From positions 62,001 through 126,000 of the IMG/VR virus record IMGVR_UViG_3300008448_000001: a stretch of DNA of 64,000 bases; one strand, given 5' to 3'. This document shows, piece by piece, positions 53,665 through 64,000 of the stretch. The notes below the pieces were generated by a model. That model had not been told where the DNA came from, did no database searches, and was given only the letters and a program-made list of their open reading frames with translations. Numbering within the stretch: the stretch's first letter is position 1; every line of letters starts with the position of its first letter. The position numbers and the translations under genes are program-made.

Positions 53665-54612
53665 ATGACTGCTACTACTGAAATGACTCGCGAAGAAAGC
53701 TTGTTGGCGAGCCAGGCGATTTTTGAAAAACTTTCTTCTGCGGATCCGTCGATGGCGAAGCAAGCCGTTGACGCCGTCAACGACTTCACCCGTACCAAAA
53801 TGCGGGAAGACGGCTTCTTCCGGCGAATCATGCCACCTATTCCGATCAGCAACGACGATCTCGATCGTCAAGTTGACACGGATAAGCCGGTTAAGATCGT
53901 CGACAAAGAACCGAACAGCCCGGCTGCGGTTTCGATTCCTTTTGCCACGCTGCCTACCAGCTTGTACATCAAGGGTGACCGTTACAAGGTTACCTTTGAC
54001 CGCATCACAACTCCGAAGTTCACCAAGGACGTCGACGAGTTGCGAACCTGGTACATGGACATTCGTCAAGTCCTCAGCGACAACGCGATTAAGGACATGT
54101 TGGCAGAAGAAGACGGCAAGTTCCTAAGCGCGGTCAACACCGCACTTGTCGGGCCGGATCTCATTGTGCCGACTTCCGGCGTTGCCCAGTACCAGACAAT
54201 CTCGGGCGGTATCACGCGGGACACCCTTTGGGACAGTCTCAAGATTTTGCCCGGAACCCCTTCGAACCTCGAAGTGCACTGCGTTCTTCTCAACAACATC
54301 ACCATCAAAGACGTTGCGAAATTCACTCGTAACGAAATGGGTGGTGACTTGTCGGAAGAAATCATGCGTAACGGCTGGACGCTCAGCGAATGCATGGGCG
54401 TTAAGTGGGTTATCACGATCAAGAAGGGGCTGGTTCCAACGAACACCATGTATCACTTTGCCGATCCGAAGTTCATCGGCAAGAGCTACATGTTGGAAGA
54501 CACCACGATGTACATTCGTCGTGAAGCTTACTTCATCGAGTTTTTCGCTTACGAATCGCTCGGTGGAACCATCGGTCACACTTCCGGTCTTGCCCGAGTT
54601 GACTTCGAGTAA
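53665..54612 (+). CDS. Probable major capsid protein
   Basis: About 315 aa, SD GGAGG. Follows protease-scaffold-decoration genes and is followed by a terminator. HK97-like order of elements (long helix …IKDMLAEEDGKFL, terminal beta strands). Confidence 0.75.
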   Translation: MTATTEMTREESLLASQAIFEKLSSADPSMAKQAVDAVNDFTRTKMREDGFFRRIMPPIPISNDDLDRQVDTDKPVKIVDKEPNSPAAVSIPFATLPTSLYIKGDRYKVTFDRITTPKFTKDVDELRTWYMDIRQVLSDNAIKDMLAEEDGKFLSAVNTALVGPDLIVPTSGVAQYQTISGGITRDTLWDSLKILPGTPSNLEVHCVLLNNITIKDVAKFTRNEMGGDLSEEIMRNGWTLSECMGVKWVITIKKGLVPTNTMYHFADPKFIGKSYMLEDTTMYIRREAYFIEFFAYESLGGTIGHTSGLARVDFE

Positions 54613-54627
54613 CAGTTGATCTACTAT

Positions 54628-54657
54628 AAGGCCCCTGGGTTTTCCCGGGGGCCTTTG
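54628..54657 (+). terminator. Hairpin/terminator after the MCP
   Basis: AAGGCCCCTGGG-TTTT-CCCGGGGGCCTT then TGT. Confidence 0.7.
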
Positions 54658-54676
54658 TGGGTCAAGGAGTATTTCA

Positions 54677-54952
54677 ATGCCTGCAGCTTTTTCTGATCCG
54701 TACACCGACGTTGGGACTACCCAGCGTCCGCCTTTTTCGCAAGTTTCTCAAGCCGTAAACGTCACCAATCCTCGCGATTTGGGCGGCGATCGAAGCTACC
54801 AGGGAACTTTGTCGCAGACGCTACGATCGGCGAGCTACTCAGCTCAACAACGTGCGGCTAAACCTTTTCCGCGAAGCCAAAACATGACACCGGGTTATGA
54901 TCCTTACGCTGTTGGCGGCGGGGTCGAGACCTACCTGGACAACGCAAACTAA
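54677..54952 (+). CDS. Small hypothetical protein
   Basis: SD AAGGAG. Confidence 0.65.
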   Translation: MPAAFSDPYTDVGTTQRPPFSQVSQAVNVTNPRDLGGDRSYQGTLSQTLRSASYSAQQRAAKPFPRSQNMTPGYDPYAVGGGVETYLDNAN

Positions 54953-54976
54953 CCTCAATTCCGTTCGGAGTATAGA

Positions 54977-55375
54977 ATGTCGAGAGAAAATCAAGCAACG
55001 CTGCCGGATCCGTCAGCAGCTTACAACACTTTGTTCGACAACGTGCATGCTCAAGTGTTCTTTGGCAAACTCGCAAGCTACGGTATTCAGCCGACTACCG
55101 AAAAAGAAGCTGGCGATTTGCTCGAGATCGCAGCTCAGCTTCGCAATGTTGACAACCCCGTCAAGCAAGCTTCCACTCGCAGCCGTTTCGGTGACGCCGC
55201 ATCGGCTTTGAACTCGGTAGTAAGTTCGACGCCTTACGGGCAAAAGCAAGCTGCAGTTGCCGAGGATCACGCAATCAAACAAGCAGCGGCCACCTTGGCC
55301 CAGGACCCAGCCGTGTACAACGCGGTTTTGGCTCTTCGGGTCCAGGAAGCTGCCGCTCTCGCGGGTAACACCTAA
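54977..55375 (+). CDS. Small internal head protein candidate
   Basis: All 5 Lys are in K-x-A (KLA, KEA, KQA three times). Confidence 0.7.
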   Translation: MSRENQATLPDPSAAYNTLFDNVHAQVFFGKLASYGIQPTTEKEAGDLLEIAAQLRNVDNPVKQASTRSRFGDAASALNSVVSSTPYGQKQAAVAEDHAIKQAAATLAQDPAVYNAVLALRVQEAAALAGNT

Positions 55376-55386
55376 GGAGAACCACG

Positions 55387-55968
55387 ATGTCCAATTCATT
55401 GTACTCGACAGTGCGAAACACTTCGGGTGTTGCTAAGACTTTTGGCTTTTTGCCGCCACACGGGCGTAGGTTGGCCGCCAACGAGGACTTCGTTGTCTTC
55501 GGTGACGTTCGAAGTATGCTCGGTCGCAACCAAGGTGCTGGCGGAGGCGTGCTCGCGAGGGCTCAAGCTTCTTTCGAGGCAGCGGTGGACAGCGGAGACC
55601 TGACGATTATTCAGACTCCGACGGTCACGCCACAAATCGTTCCAGTCACGGCTAACCGCGTGTTGACTGCGGACGATAGCGGAAAGATGTTCGTCGCCTC
55701 GGGCACTGGTGCTGTTAGCTTTACGCTTCCAGCCGCTCCAGCACTGAACGTTGAGTTCACGTTCTACAACGCTGTCAACCAGGACATGACCCTTACTTGT
55801 ACCACACCGGACATTTTGGTCGTCTTGAATGATATCGCTGCGGACACGGTCGCAATCAGCACGCTCAACCTGAAAGTCGGCGGAAGCTTCCGCGTTATCG
55901 GCAACGGTACGAAGTGGCTGGTGATTCCTACCGTGTGGGGCGGCCAGACTGTGACAACTACTTCCTAG
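55387..55968 (+). CDS. Structural protein, C-terminal beta-sandwich (decoration/fibre-like)
   Basis: VLTADDSGK…FTLPAA…GNGTKW pattern. Confidence 0.65.
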   Translation: MSNSLYSTVRNTSGVAKTFGFLPPHGRRLAANEDFVVFGDVRSMLGRNQGAGGGVLARAQASFEAAVDSGDLTIIQTPTVTPQIVPVTANRVLTADDSGKMFVASGTGAVSFTLPAAPALNVEFTFYNAVNQDMTLTCTTPDILVVLNDIAADTVAISTLNLKVGGSFRVIGNGTKWLVIPTVWGGQTVTTTS

Positions 55969-55994
55969 TAGCGGTTACGCCTGATGACAAATTG

Positions 55995-56029
55995 AAACGA
56001 CCGGCTATAATCGCCGGTCGTTTTCGTTT
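55995..56029 (+). terminator. Terminator hairpin with TATAAT in its loop
   Basis: AAACGACCGGC-TATAATC-GCCGGTCGTTT then TCGTTT. Confidence 0.7.
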
Positions 56030-56041
56030 AAAGGGGTTACA

Positions 56042-57271
56042 ATGAAGCTGAGCATTTTTACACCAACGCACGCACCCACCTATCTTCCAGAGGTGTACAA
56101 CTCTTTGAAGCTGCAGACGCTGCAGCAATGGGAGTGGTTGATACTTCCAAACGGTAAAGGTACCGCGATACCGGCGGCGATACGTGCAGATAGTCGCGTG
56201 AAAGTTGTGGAGAGCGCGGGCGATGTCTATAACGTAGGTGCGATGAAAAGGAAGCTTTGCATGGCGGCAAGTGGTGACGCCTTCGTGGAGCTGGATCACG
56301 ACGATCTGCTGGTGCCGGGTGATACTCTGGCAGCGATTCAGCGCAAGTTTGAAGCGGGAGCTGGTTTCGTTTACTCGGACAACGCGGTATTCAGATTCTC
56401 TCCGAAAGCTTCGCAAGATAGATTCCGCCCTTTCACCTGGTCTCCGCAACACGGCTGGGAAAGCTACGACATTAAGATCTACGGCAGACACCTGCAAGCC
56501 AGTCGTTGTTTCGAGGTCACGCCCAGATCATTGTCGGAGATTTACTACTGCCCGGACCACATTCGCTGCTGGGAACGCTCGGTTTATATGCAGGCCGGAG
56601 GGCACAACGCGGACTTACCGGTTTGTGACGACCACGAGTTGATGATAAAAACGTATTTAACGGGCTCACCTTTCGTGCACACGGAAGGTTGTCATTACCT
56701 TTACCGCTTGTTCGATAGCAACACGATTCACGCCAGAGCCGATCAGATCCGGAAGATTAGTCGAAATTTTCGGACAATCTATTTGCAACGTCTGATAAAG
56801 GAATGGCTTCGTCGGCACAACCTGGAGGAGCTTGATTTCTCGGTCCTTTTGAAGCAAGGCTGGGACGCAGAAAAGCACCTTTTACAGGGTTTTGGCGAGA
56901 ACACTTTCGGTCACATCGTAGCCGATACCGAGCTGCAAAAGCTGTCCGGTTTTCAAGTTCGCGAGTTTATGAACGCCGCATATTGGGCTTTGGTTCCGGG
57001 TGGGTATTTGACTATCATAGTGCCTGAGGTTCACTCTGGCATGGGCTACGCGGATGTCGAATGGAAATCGCATTTCAGTGCCACCAGTATGTACCCGTAT
57101 ACCCGTAAAGATTTCGCCCGGTCGAACGGAAATATACGCTGCCGCTTTCAGGAGATAAACTGCACTGAGCTTTATCCCTCGGAGTGGCACAAGAACAATG
57201 GTTTCAAGTTTTTGCGGTTTGAGCTTGTGGCTTTGAAAGGACAGCGGCATCCGGGTCTTCAACACATTTAA
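56042..57271 (+). CDS. GT2 glycosyltransferase with C-terminal truncated methyltransferase-like domain
   Basis: LSIFTPT, ELDHDD, CDDHEL. C-terminal WALVPGG.L.I.VP. Confidence 0.85.
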   Translation: MKLSIFTPTHAPTYLPEVYNSLKLQTLQQWEWLILPNGKGTAIPAAIRADSRVKVVESAGDVYNVGAMKRKLCMAASGDAFVELDHDDLLVPGDTLAAIQRKFEAGAGFVYSDNAVFRFSPKASQDRFRPFTWSPQHGWESYDIKIYGRHLQASRCFEVTPRSLSEIYYCPDHIRCWERSVYMQAGGHNADLPVCDDHELMIKTYLTGSPFVHTEGCHYLYRLFDSNTIHARADQIRKISRNFRTIYLQRLIKEWLRRHNLEELDFSVLLKQGWDAEKHLLQGFGENTFGHIVADTELQKLSGFQVREFMNAAYWALVPGGYLTIIVPEVHSGMGYADVEWKSHFSATSMYPYTRKDFARSNGNIRCRFQEINCTELYPSEWHKNNGFKFLRFELVALKGQRHPGLQHI

Positions 57272-57285
57272 GGTCCTACGTACAG

Positions 57286-58824
57286 ATGGCAAACTATCTA
57301 CCGCAACCTTATTCGGACCAGCTGACTGAGATCGACCTGCTGACCACGGATGACTTTGGTCGCTTTCTTTTGACGTTCGAAGACGGTGATTCCGTTTGCG
57401 ATTACATCGGCGCAGCTAAAGGGACGACCATCGGCGCTACGGGTGCCACGGGCGTCGCTGGACCACAAGGTGCCACGGGCTTAACGGGTGCTCCAGGTTC
57501 TACGGGCTTAACCGGTGTTCAGGGGGCGACAGGTGTCGCCGGACCCCAAGGTGCTACCGGTTCTACAGGCGCCCAAGGTACGCAAGGTTCTACGGGCGCA
57601 ACCGGTGTCGGCGGACCGCCGGGTGATACCGGGGCTACTGGCATTACGGGCCCGCAAGGTGCCACAGGTTTAACTGGTTCGCAGGGATCCACCGGGGCAA
57701 CAGGTGCTGGTGGAGCTCAAGGGGCTACAGGTTTAACGGGTTCGCAGGGTTCTACTGGGGCAACAGGTGCTGGTGGAGCTCAAGGGGCTACAGGCTTAAC
57801 GGGTTCGCAGGGTTCTACTGGGGCGACAGGCGTCGCAGGTCCGCAGGGTGCCACCGGTATAGTCGGTGCCCAAGGGTCAACCGGTGCAACGGGCGCGGCG
57901 GGTGACCGCTATACGACTACGTCGGCAACGTCAAACACCATTGGTCTTGGGTCGAAAACGTTTACGGTTGCCAGCGGTTTGGCACTGAGCACGGGGCAGT
58001 CTGTCGTCGCTGCCTTTGATGGTGCGAATCGGATGGAAGGCACAGTCACGAGTTACATCGGTACAACGTTGATCGTCAACGTCACTTCCACTTTAGGTTC
58101 TGGAACGTATGCCTCTTGGAGCATAAGCTTGTCGGGTGCACCTGGGCCGCAAGGTTCGACCGGTGCAACGGGTGTCACAGGCCTAACAGGTGCTCAAGGG
58201 GCCACAGGCTTGCCCGGCGATCAGGGCGCGACAGGTGCAACAGGCGTTGCCGGTCCGCAAGGTGCTACAGGGTTAACTGGGGGCCAGGGCGCGACCGGAC
58301 CCGCCGGACCAAACAACGTATCGGGCACCACTACCACCACGTTGGTGGGCCTACTGGCTGGCAACGGCACCAACGTGTTAGTGGTCGGGATCGGTACAGG
58401 TTTGCAGTACTCAGACGACACGTTAGCCGTTTCGGGTGTTGTGCTGACCACCACGAATCAAAGCGTGGCTGGTGTTAAGACGTTTGCGGATACCTTGGAT
58501 TTGAGCGTACGAACGCTTACCGATTCCGCCACCATTGCCGTTGACGCCGCAACGTCCAACAAATTCCACATAACGTTGGGCGGTAACCGAACCCTAGCAA
58601 ACCCTACCAACGCGGTAGACGGGCGTTTGGTGATCTTCCGACTCCAACAGGACGCCACAGGCAACCGCGTGGTGGCATGGGGCAGCGACTACCGATTCGG
58701 CGGTGACCTAGCCGCCGCCAACGTGGTGTTGTCCACCGCCGCGAACATTACCGACCGAATCGCGTTCGAGTACCACGCCGCCGATGGAAAATGGGATTGC
58801 GTTAGCTACGTGAAGGGCAGTTAA
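57286..58824 (+). CDS. Collagen-like fibre protein
   Basis: Two long Gly-X-Y blocks rich in GAT/GST, with a globular C-terminal domain. Confidence 0.9.
   Translation: MANYLPQPYSDQLTEIDLLTTDDFGRFLLTFEDGDSVCDYIGAAKGTTIGATGATGVAGPQGATGLTGAPGSTGLTGVQGATGVAGPQGATGSTGAQGTQGSTGATGVGGPPGDTGATGITGPQGATGLTGSQGSTGATGAGGAQGATGLTGSQGSTGATGAGGAQGATGLTGSQGSTGATGVAGPQGATGIVGAQGSTGATGAAGDRYTTTSATSNTIGLGSKTFTVASGLALSTGQSVVAAFDGANRMEGTVTSYIGTTLIVNVTSTLGSGTYASWSISLSGAPGPQGSTGATGVTGLTGAQGATGLPGDQGATGATGVAGPQGATGLTGGQGATGPAGPNNVSGTTTTTLVGLLAGNGTNVLVVGIGTGLQYSDDTLAVSGVVLTTTNQSVAGVKTFADTLDLSVRTLTDSATIAVDAATSNKFHITLGGNRTLANPTNAVDGRLVIFRLQQDATGNRVVAWGSDYRFGGDLAAANVVLSTAANITDRIAFEYHAADGKWDCVSYVKGS
57430..58310 (+). 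repeat. Collagen Gly-X-Y coding repeats, including a near-perfect 63-bp tandem unit around 57655-57830
   Basis: Direct reading. Confidence 0.85.
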
Positions 58825-58829
58825 ACAAC

Positions 58830-59291
58830 ATGAACATTACCGAGTCCGAATTACAACGTTTGATCGCGGGGGATCCGGTGGCCGCCGATTTGTTCCGCCG
58901 TGGTCAGTACGCCGATTGCGCGCACCGTTGCCGACAAATTGCCCCGAAGGTATACGCACCCGCGAAACTATCGAGAATCGGAATTCTCGGGTTGTACGCC
59001 AATGCGCCGACCGTGGCGATTGCAATTTTGGAAGCAATCGAAAACGTTGCAGCCAACAACCGTTTGTTCCGCGAGGTGTACAGTTTTATGTCGCCAGGCA
59101 CCGCGCCGGAACAGTTGCCGGACTTTGGTTTGGCACCGATCCGCGCAGCATTGACCGCACCGCAGGAACAAGGCGGGATCGGTTTGAGCCACGAACAGGC
59201 GTTGCCATTGTTGGCCGCCGGAGAGCAACCCGACGATATTACCGCGTTAGACGTTGAACGACTACCCAGGGGAACACAATGGCCACAGTAA
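58830..59291 (+). CDS. Hypothetical protein (foreign-composition cassette)
   Basis: 153-aa ORF. Confidence 0.65.
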   Translation: MNITESELQRLIAGDPVAADLFRRGQYADCAHRCRQIAPKVYAPAKLSRIGILGLYANAPTVAIAILEAIENVAANNRLFREVYSFMSPGTAPEQLPDFGLAPIRAALTAPQEQGGIGLSHEQALPLLAAGEQPDDITALDVERLPRGTQWPQ

Positions 59292-59884
59292 CAAAAACCG
59301 CACCCGCATTCGTGACCGTGGAAGCGGTTACACAGATCGCCAACGGAAACATGGGGACGTTGCGCACGTTGGATTTGACGACAAAGTTCGGCGCTACGTT
59401 GTTGGTGTGGCTCGGACGCCGAGCCGCAACCACGCCGATTCGCGCCGCATACGTGGCAATCCGAAATTCGGACAACAACACACGCGTGTTTCCCGGTCCA
59501 GCAGCGTTCGACGTTGCAAACCAGGCACCGACGACCGCCGCACCCGCCACCACGTTGTCCGCAGCCGCAGCCGCGAACCAAAACCAATTAACGGTGGCAA
59601 GCGTGGTTGGGTTTTCGGTGGGGGACGTGGTGTTGATTTCCGGTGCCAGTGGAGCGCGTGCCCAATGGGGACGAATTGCGCAAATATCCGGTTCGGTGAT
59701 TACGTTGGAACGTGACCTACGCGACGGAAACGACAACGGGGACAACGTTGTTGGGTTGGCCGACGCCCGCCGCGTTCTGTTGCCCGGTGGCGACGTGTAC
59801 GAAATCCGTTGCGTTAACTTTTCGGGTCTGGATTGCGTGTTTGCCGTGGAAGCAATAACCGACGAAGGGGAAACCATCGCGTGA
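59279..59884 (+). CDS. Beta-rich structural protein
   Basis: TTLSAAAAA…LTVASVVGFSVGDVVLI module. Confidence 0.7.
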   Translation: MATVTKTAPAFVTVEAVTQIANGNMGTLRTLDLTTKFGATLLVWLGRRAATTPIRAAYVAIRNSDNNTRVFPGPAAFDVANQAPTTAAPATTLSAAAAANQNQLTVASVVGFSVGDVVLISGASGARAQWGRIAQISGSVITLERDLRDGNDNGDNVVGLADARRVLLPGGDVYEIRCVNFSGLDCVFAVEAITDEGETIA

Positions 59885-60675
59885 AAGCGTTCGCAAGGCC
59901 GGGTTTTGATTGGTTGTTGGACGGTTGCCGGGGCATTTGGTCACCCGTGGTATCGGGAAACACCGGCGCCACCGTCCTCGATATTAACCCGACAACAGAC
60001 AACCACGGCGCGTTGTCCGGTATGACCGCCGCCCAAGCATGGCAGCAATCGACAATTGGCAACGTGTTGGCGTTTGATGGCGCTAATGATTCGGTGACAA
60101 TTGCAACCGCCGAAACACTCACAACCTACCCGTTCACCCTAGCAAACTGGGTTTATCATCCGAGTACAATACCCGACACTACCGCCGCGTTAACGTTATC
60201 GGTGGGTGTTGGGCAAACACAGTATTTTGCTATTGGTTACAGGCAGGCAACGCCGCGACCCGGTATTTTCGCGCGGAACACCACGTTTACCAATAACGCC
60301 AACTACACCACGACGTTCAACCCCGGTTGGGTATCTTTGGTTGGCGTGTTCGTATCCGCTACACGCCGTGAATTGTGGGTCGATGGCCGGTTGTTAGCCG
60401 TATCAACAACGAGCGTTCCGCAGTTGGCCAGCGTTTCATCGGTCCGATTAGGTTCCGGATTCACTCAATTGTACTACCCGCAACGGATTGCCGAAGCAAT
60501 CGTACACGCACAGCGTTGGACCCCCGAGCAAATTGCACAGTACGTCGAAGCGGGGCCGGGTGGCGCGTTAACGTTGCAGCCTCCGACCCGCCGCCGATCC
60601 AGGTATTTACCAAGCACGCCACCACCAACAAACAACCGACGACGAACATCTCGGTTGGTTTGCTACCCGGGATAG
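59881..60675 (+). CDS. LamG/concanavalin-A-like lectin domain protein
   Basis: LAFDGANDSV, FTLANWV, WVSLVGVF, LWVDG. Confidence 0.8.
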   Translation: MKAFARPGFDWLLDGCRGIWSPVVSGNTGATVLDINPTTDNHGALSGMTAAQAWQQSTIGNVLAFDGANDSVTIATAETLTTYPFTLANWVYHPSTIPDTTAALTLSVGVGQTQYFAIGYRQATPRPGIFARNTTFTNNANYTTTFNPGWVSLVGVFVSATRRELWVDGRLLAVSTTSVPQLASVSSVRLGSGFTQLYYPQRIAEAIVHAQRWTPEQIAQYVEAGPGGALTLQPPTRRRSRYLPSTPPPTNNRRRTSRLVCYPG

Positions 60676-60809
60676 ACGCCACGGATTTGACAAATGTTAA
60701 ATTTCGAAGCTTTTCAATCGAGAATCGCACAGTTACACCTGTTAAAGTGCTTGTCACGGCGATAAAAAAGCTTTGCGACTTGATTCCGGCTTTAACGTAA
60801 AGGAAAAAC

Positions 60810-61898
60810 ATGCCGTTCAGATTTCACGTTCTAGGATTGCCGCATACCGTTTCTAACCGCGATTACGTTGCTTGCGCATACACGCAAAAAGTTGTAAAGT
60901 TCGCTGAAATGATGCGACCGCACGGGCACCACATTATTCATTACGGCCACGCGGATTCTAATCTTGCGTGCGACGAGCATGTAACGGTTACGACAAACGA
61001 AGACCTGGAAATTGCGTACGGAAGCTACGATTGGCGTAAAAACTTTTTCAAGTTCAACACGGAAGATCACGCTTACCAAACGTTCTATCGCAACGCGATC
61101 ACAGAAATAGCTAAACGTAAAAAGCCGCTGGACTTCATCCTGCCGTTCTGGGGAGCTGGCGTACGCCCGGTCTGCGACGCACACTCCGACCTTATCTGCG
61201 TGGAACCTGGTATAGGTTACGCGGATGGACACTGGGCGCGTTGGAAAATTTTCGAGTCTTATGCCATTTACCATGCTTACTGCGGCATGGCGGGCGTTCG
61301 CAATTGCAAGCAAGATTGGTACGAGGTAGTGATCCCGAACTATTTCGACTTAAATGATTTCGAATACAGCGACAAAAAGCAGGATTACTTTTTGTACCTC
61401 GGTCGCGTTTACGAGGGCAAAGGCGTACACATTGCAATTCAAGTTGCCCAGAAGCTCGGCATTAAACTTGTGATTGCAGGGCAAAAGGATCCGTCTTTCG
61501 AGCTTCCAGCTTCGGTCGAATACGTTGGATACGCTGATTCCGAGACCCGCAAAAAGCTAATGCGAGACGCGAAAGCCAGCTTTGTGGCAAGTCAGTACAT
61601 CGAGCCCTTTGGCGGGGTTCAGATCGAAAATTTGCTATCCGGTACTCCTACGATTACCACGGACTGGGGTGCGTTTACGGAGAACAATCTGCACGGCGTA
61701 ACGGGCTATCGCTGCAGAACTTTTGCCGACTTTGTCGACGCTGTTCGCAACATCGATCGGATCAAACCTGAAAATTGCAGGAAGTTCGGTGAACAGTTCT
61801 CTTTGGAAAAGATTGCGCCAAGGTACAACAAGTATTTTAAAGACGTGATGAACGTCTACACGGGCAAGGAAGGCTGGTACAAGCTCGACGACGCGTAG
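60810..61898 (+). CDS. GT4-type (GT-B) glycosyltransferase
   Basis: [20 protein letters not shown]…SGTP.ITTDWG. Confidence 0.9.
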   Translation: MPFRFHVLGLPHTVSNRDYVACAYTQKVVKFAEMMRPHGHHIIHYGHADSNLACDEHVTVTTNEDLEIAYGSYDWRKNFFKFNTEDHAYQTFYRNAITEIAKRKKPLDFILPFWGAGVRPVCDAHSDLICVEPGIGYADGHWARWKIFESYAIYHAYCGMAGVRNCKQDWYEVVIPNYFDLNDFEYSDKKQDYFLYLGRVYEGKGVHIAIQVAQKLGIKLVIAGQKDPSFELPASVEYVGYADSETRKKLMRDAKASFVASQYIEPFGGVQIENLLSGTPTITTDWGAFTENNLHGVTGYRCRTFADFVDAVRNIDRIKPENCRKFGEQFSLEKIAPRYNKYFKDVMNVYTGKEGWYKLDDA

Positions 61899-61967
61899 TT
61901 CCTGTCGCTTGCAAACAGTTGTTTGGTTTATAATTGGTGGTCAGTTAACTTTACAGGTGAGTCACGC

Positions 61968-62561
61968 ATGCTGCTCGAACTAACATTACCGCCGAACAAA
62001 ACACCTACGCTTCAGCCGTATACACGAGATACAGCTACGGCTGTTGGTTTGCCTATAACGGGAGCAGCCGTGGCCGGCAGGCCTACGCTGTATCGTTTTG
62101 ACGTAAGTTCCTTAGACGATGACGACTACGTAATGGACGTAGCGAACCCTGTCGGGCGTTTCGTGGTACGTCTCAGTGACCCGGATTACTTCATTGCAAA
62201 CGAGTGGTGGGAAATCGACATCCTGACTGATCCGGCCAGCGATCCACACAAGGTGCTTGTCGATGTCAATTACGGCGGCACAAACAACCTGCGGTACGAC
62301 TTGGACGGTGTTCCGATCGAAGACGCGACCATTGAAGTTTTCCTTTACTCGATGTACATCGCAGGCAATAAAGACGGAACGTATCGCCTTCGAGATACCC
62401 GGCAGCGTGCTAACGGTACTTGGGTTTTGCCCTTTTACTTAGATCCAGGCGTCTACGTTTTCCGTTACTACCGGTCAGGCGTTGCAGGGCCCGATGCGTT
62501 CCGGGTCGTTGTCAGCTTTGATCCGTCCGAAATTTCTGTCACTAAACTGCCTAGCGCGTAG
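61968..62561 (+). CDS. Beta-rich structural protein
   Basis: C-terminal prealbumin/Ig-like pattern (…LDPGVY.F). Confidence 0.6.
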   Translation: MLLELTLPPNKTPTLQPYTRDTATAVGLPITGAAVAGRPTLYRFDVSSLDDDDYVMDVANPVGRFVVRLSDPDYFIANEWWEIDILTDPASDPHKVLVDVNYGGTNNLRYDLDGVPIEDATIEVFLYSMYIAGNKDGTYRLRDTRQRANGTWVLPFYLDPGVYVFRYYRSGVAGPDAFRVVVSFDPSEISVTKLPSA

Positions 62562-62569
62562 GAGTACCG

Positions 62570-63556
62570 ATGCCACTTGAGGGAACACCTGTAGAGTTGC
62601 CTGTGCCCTTACCGGGAGCTGACTGCGAGCAACAGAACGTCATAAAACCTAAGCAGACCGTCGTAGATGGCTGTCCGGTTTTGCCTAAGTTGCAATGCCA
62701 CGAAGTGCAGATGGGTCAGGCCGCAAGGCTGATATGGACTTTCAAAAATCCTGAAGGCCAACCGATCAACTTGCAAGACTGTGTCAACAACTGTGCAAGC
62801 ATGTCGAGCCAAACTGCGGGAGACTTCGATGCCGTGGGAAACCCTGGTTGCGGCGTGGTCTTGCGTATGCGAGAGTTGTCCGGTTACGACCCGGTGAACG
62901 ACCCGATTGTTCAGATCGAGGCGGAAATCTTGGACATGTCCGAGGGTGTTGTTCGCGCGAACGTTTTGCCAGATTCAATCGTAAGGGCTGCCGGAATATA
63001 TTTGGAAGAGTGGTCCTTTTTCGCTCCTGACGGCAGCATGCTTTTTAGCAACCAGTGTTGCACTTTCGTTCGGCGTGGTCTTTTCGGCGTTAGCAGCGAT
63101 TTGAACATGCGTAACGTCGGGCCTCCCACGTTGGAAGAAATACGTTTGTCGATCCGCGACAATAGCGGCGCTGATAACGTACTGTTGGATGATGTCGAAT
63201 TTGACTCCGCCGAAATCATCCAGTCCGTCATGCGACCACTGCAGTACTGGAACGAGATCCCGCCTCCGCTAAATCCGCTTTTAACGACAAAGAATTTCCC
63301 GTTCAGAGAACTTTGGTTGCAAGGCATTCAAGCTTATCTTTTCGACATTGCTGCGAACCACTACCGCAGAAATCAACTGGCTTACAGCGCGGGAGGCATG
63401 GCGATCGACGACAAGAACAAGGAACAGCAATACGTTGCAGCTAGCAACCGCATGCTGCAAATGTTCCAGGACAACGTCAAGGCGAAGAAGATCGAGATAA
63501 ACATAGCAGCTTTCAGCGGTGCTATCGGATCGCCATATTCCGGCCTTTTTTACTAG
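62570..63556 (+). CDS. Probable neck/head-tail adaptor protein
   Basis: C-terminal helical domain EEIRLSIRD…RNQLAYSAGG…DDK. Located after the head genes. Confidence 0.55.
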   Translation: MPLEGTPVELPVPLPGADCEQQNVIKPKQTVVDGCPVLPKLQCHEVQMGQAARLIWTFKNPEGQPINLQDCVNNCASMSSQTAGDFDAVGNPGCGVVLRMRELSGYDPVNDPIVQIEAEILDMSEGVVRANVLPDSIVRAAGIYLEEWSFFAPDGSMLFSNQCCTFVRRGLFGVSSDLNMRNVGPPTLEEIRLSIRDNSGADNVLLDDVEFDSAEIIQSVMRPLQYWNEIPPPLNPLLTTKNFPFRELWLQGIQAYLFDIAANHYRRNQLAYSAGGMAIDDKNKEQQYVAASNRMLQMFQDNVKAKKIEINIAAFSGAIGSPYSGLFY

Positions 63557-63563
63557 GTGAAAA

Positions 63564-64000
63564 ATGACGTTAAACGGCAGCACATCTCCCGGTGTCGACA
63601 ATTCCAGCGAGGTCAAGCAAAACCGCTACATTTCGTGCGAACCACGAGCGTGCCCGTCAACATGCGAAAGCGTGTTTGACATGGTGCACGTTTCTTACTT
63701 GATACGTGGTGGCACGCGTGTAATGTGGCAGCTCTTAGACAGCTTCAACGATTTGCAGCCTTGGGTTTTTCAGCTGCAAGCCGGTCAGACGGGTAACCCG
63801 GACGCCGACGATTGGACGGACATCGGTCTTGCCGTTGAGAACACGTGCTATGCGATAGACCCGCAGCAAAGATCTTTCACGCGGTCTCTGGCCACCTACT
63901 ATCGAGTAAAGGTTACGACACCGAACCAGACGTACTTTTCTAGTCCGGTCGCGCAGACCGGGATTTTGAACGTGCGGGATTGGCGAATAGCACGTGAAAT
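63564..64000 (+). CDS. 3'-truncated structural (neck-like) protein
   Basis: ATG at 63564, open to the window end (MTLNGSTSPG…YYRVKVTT…WRIARE). Confidence 0.6.
   Translation, partial: MTLNGSTSPGVDNSSEVKQNRYISCEPRACPSTCESVFDMVHVSYLIRGGTRVMWQLLDSFNDLQPWVFQLQAGQTGNPDADDWTDIGLAVENTCYAIDPQQRSFTRSLATYYRVKVTTPNQTYFSSPVAQTGILNVRDWRIARE

Noticed and set aside
144-63616. Minus-strand ORFs in the track
   Set aside because: Nearly all are shadows of longer plus-strand genes and have no recognisable motifs.
1-64000. Genome-wide stop-codon reassignment
   Set aside because: Code 11 gives full-length thyA, nrdJ, RNAP and capsid genes with dense packing. TGA and TAG occur at natural gene ends.

Overview
This window is a single-strand (+), gene-dense segment of a large tailed bacteriophage, probably a jumbo phage. 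The host may be a Planctomycete, but that is a weak inference. Layout: (1) 1-6.7 kb, modular Lys-x-Ala-punctuated proteins (kinase-Dps, NUDIX fusions); (2) 6.8-13.3 kb, a sigma70-promoter-led accessory region holding an array of tRNA-like RNAs; (3) 13.3-29.6 kb, thyA, sulfotransferase/glycosyltransferase/methyltransferase genes, a metallophosphoesterase, HNH, metallopeptidases, a SET-domain protein, a His-less 2H-phosphoesterase-like protein and a class II RNR; (4) 30.9-56 kb, a head module with a two-chain bacterial-like RNA polymerase (beta fused to the N-half of beta', plus a separate beta' C-half), a prohead protease candidate, scaffold-like proteins and the probable major capsid protein; (5) 56-64 kb, glycosyltransferases, a collagen-like fibre, a compositionally foreign LamG cassette and neck genes. 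The best candidate for an undescribed system is the array of tRNA-scaffold RNAs at 8.2-11.7 kb. These share a conserved acceptor stem (mostly GGATCGG/CCGATCC), D-arm and T-arm, but carry unrelated 30-120 nt inserts where the anticodon arm should be. One has a normal size with a UCA (opal) anticodon, and one site looks like an emptied copy. The second candidate is a K-x-A protease-cleavage code that seems to tag enzyme cargo for capsid packaging. All family assignments are by eye from motifs; no database searches were run.
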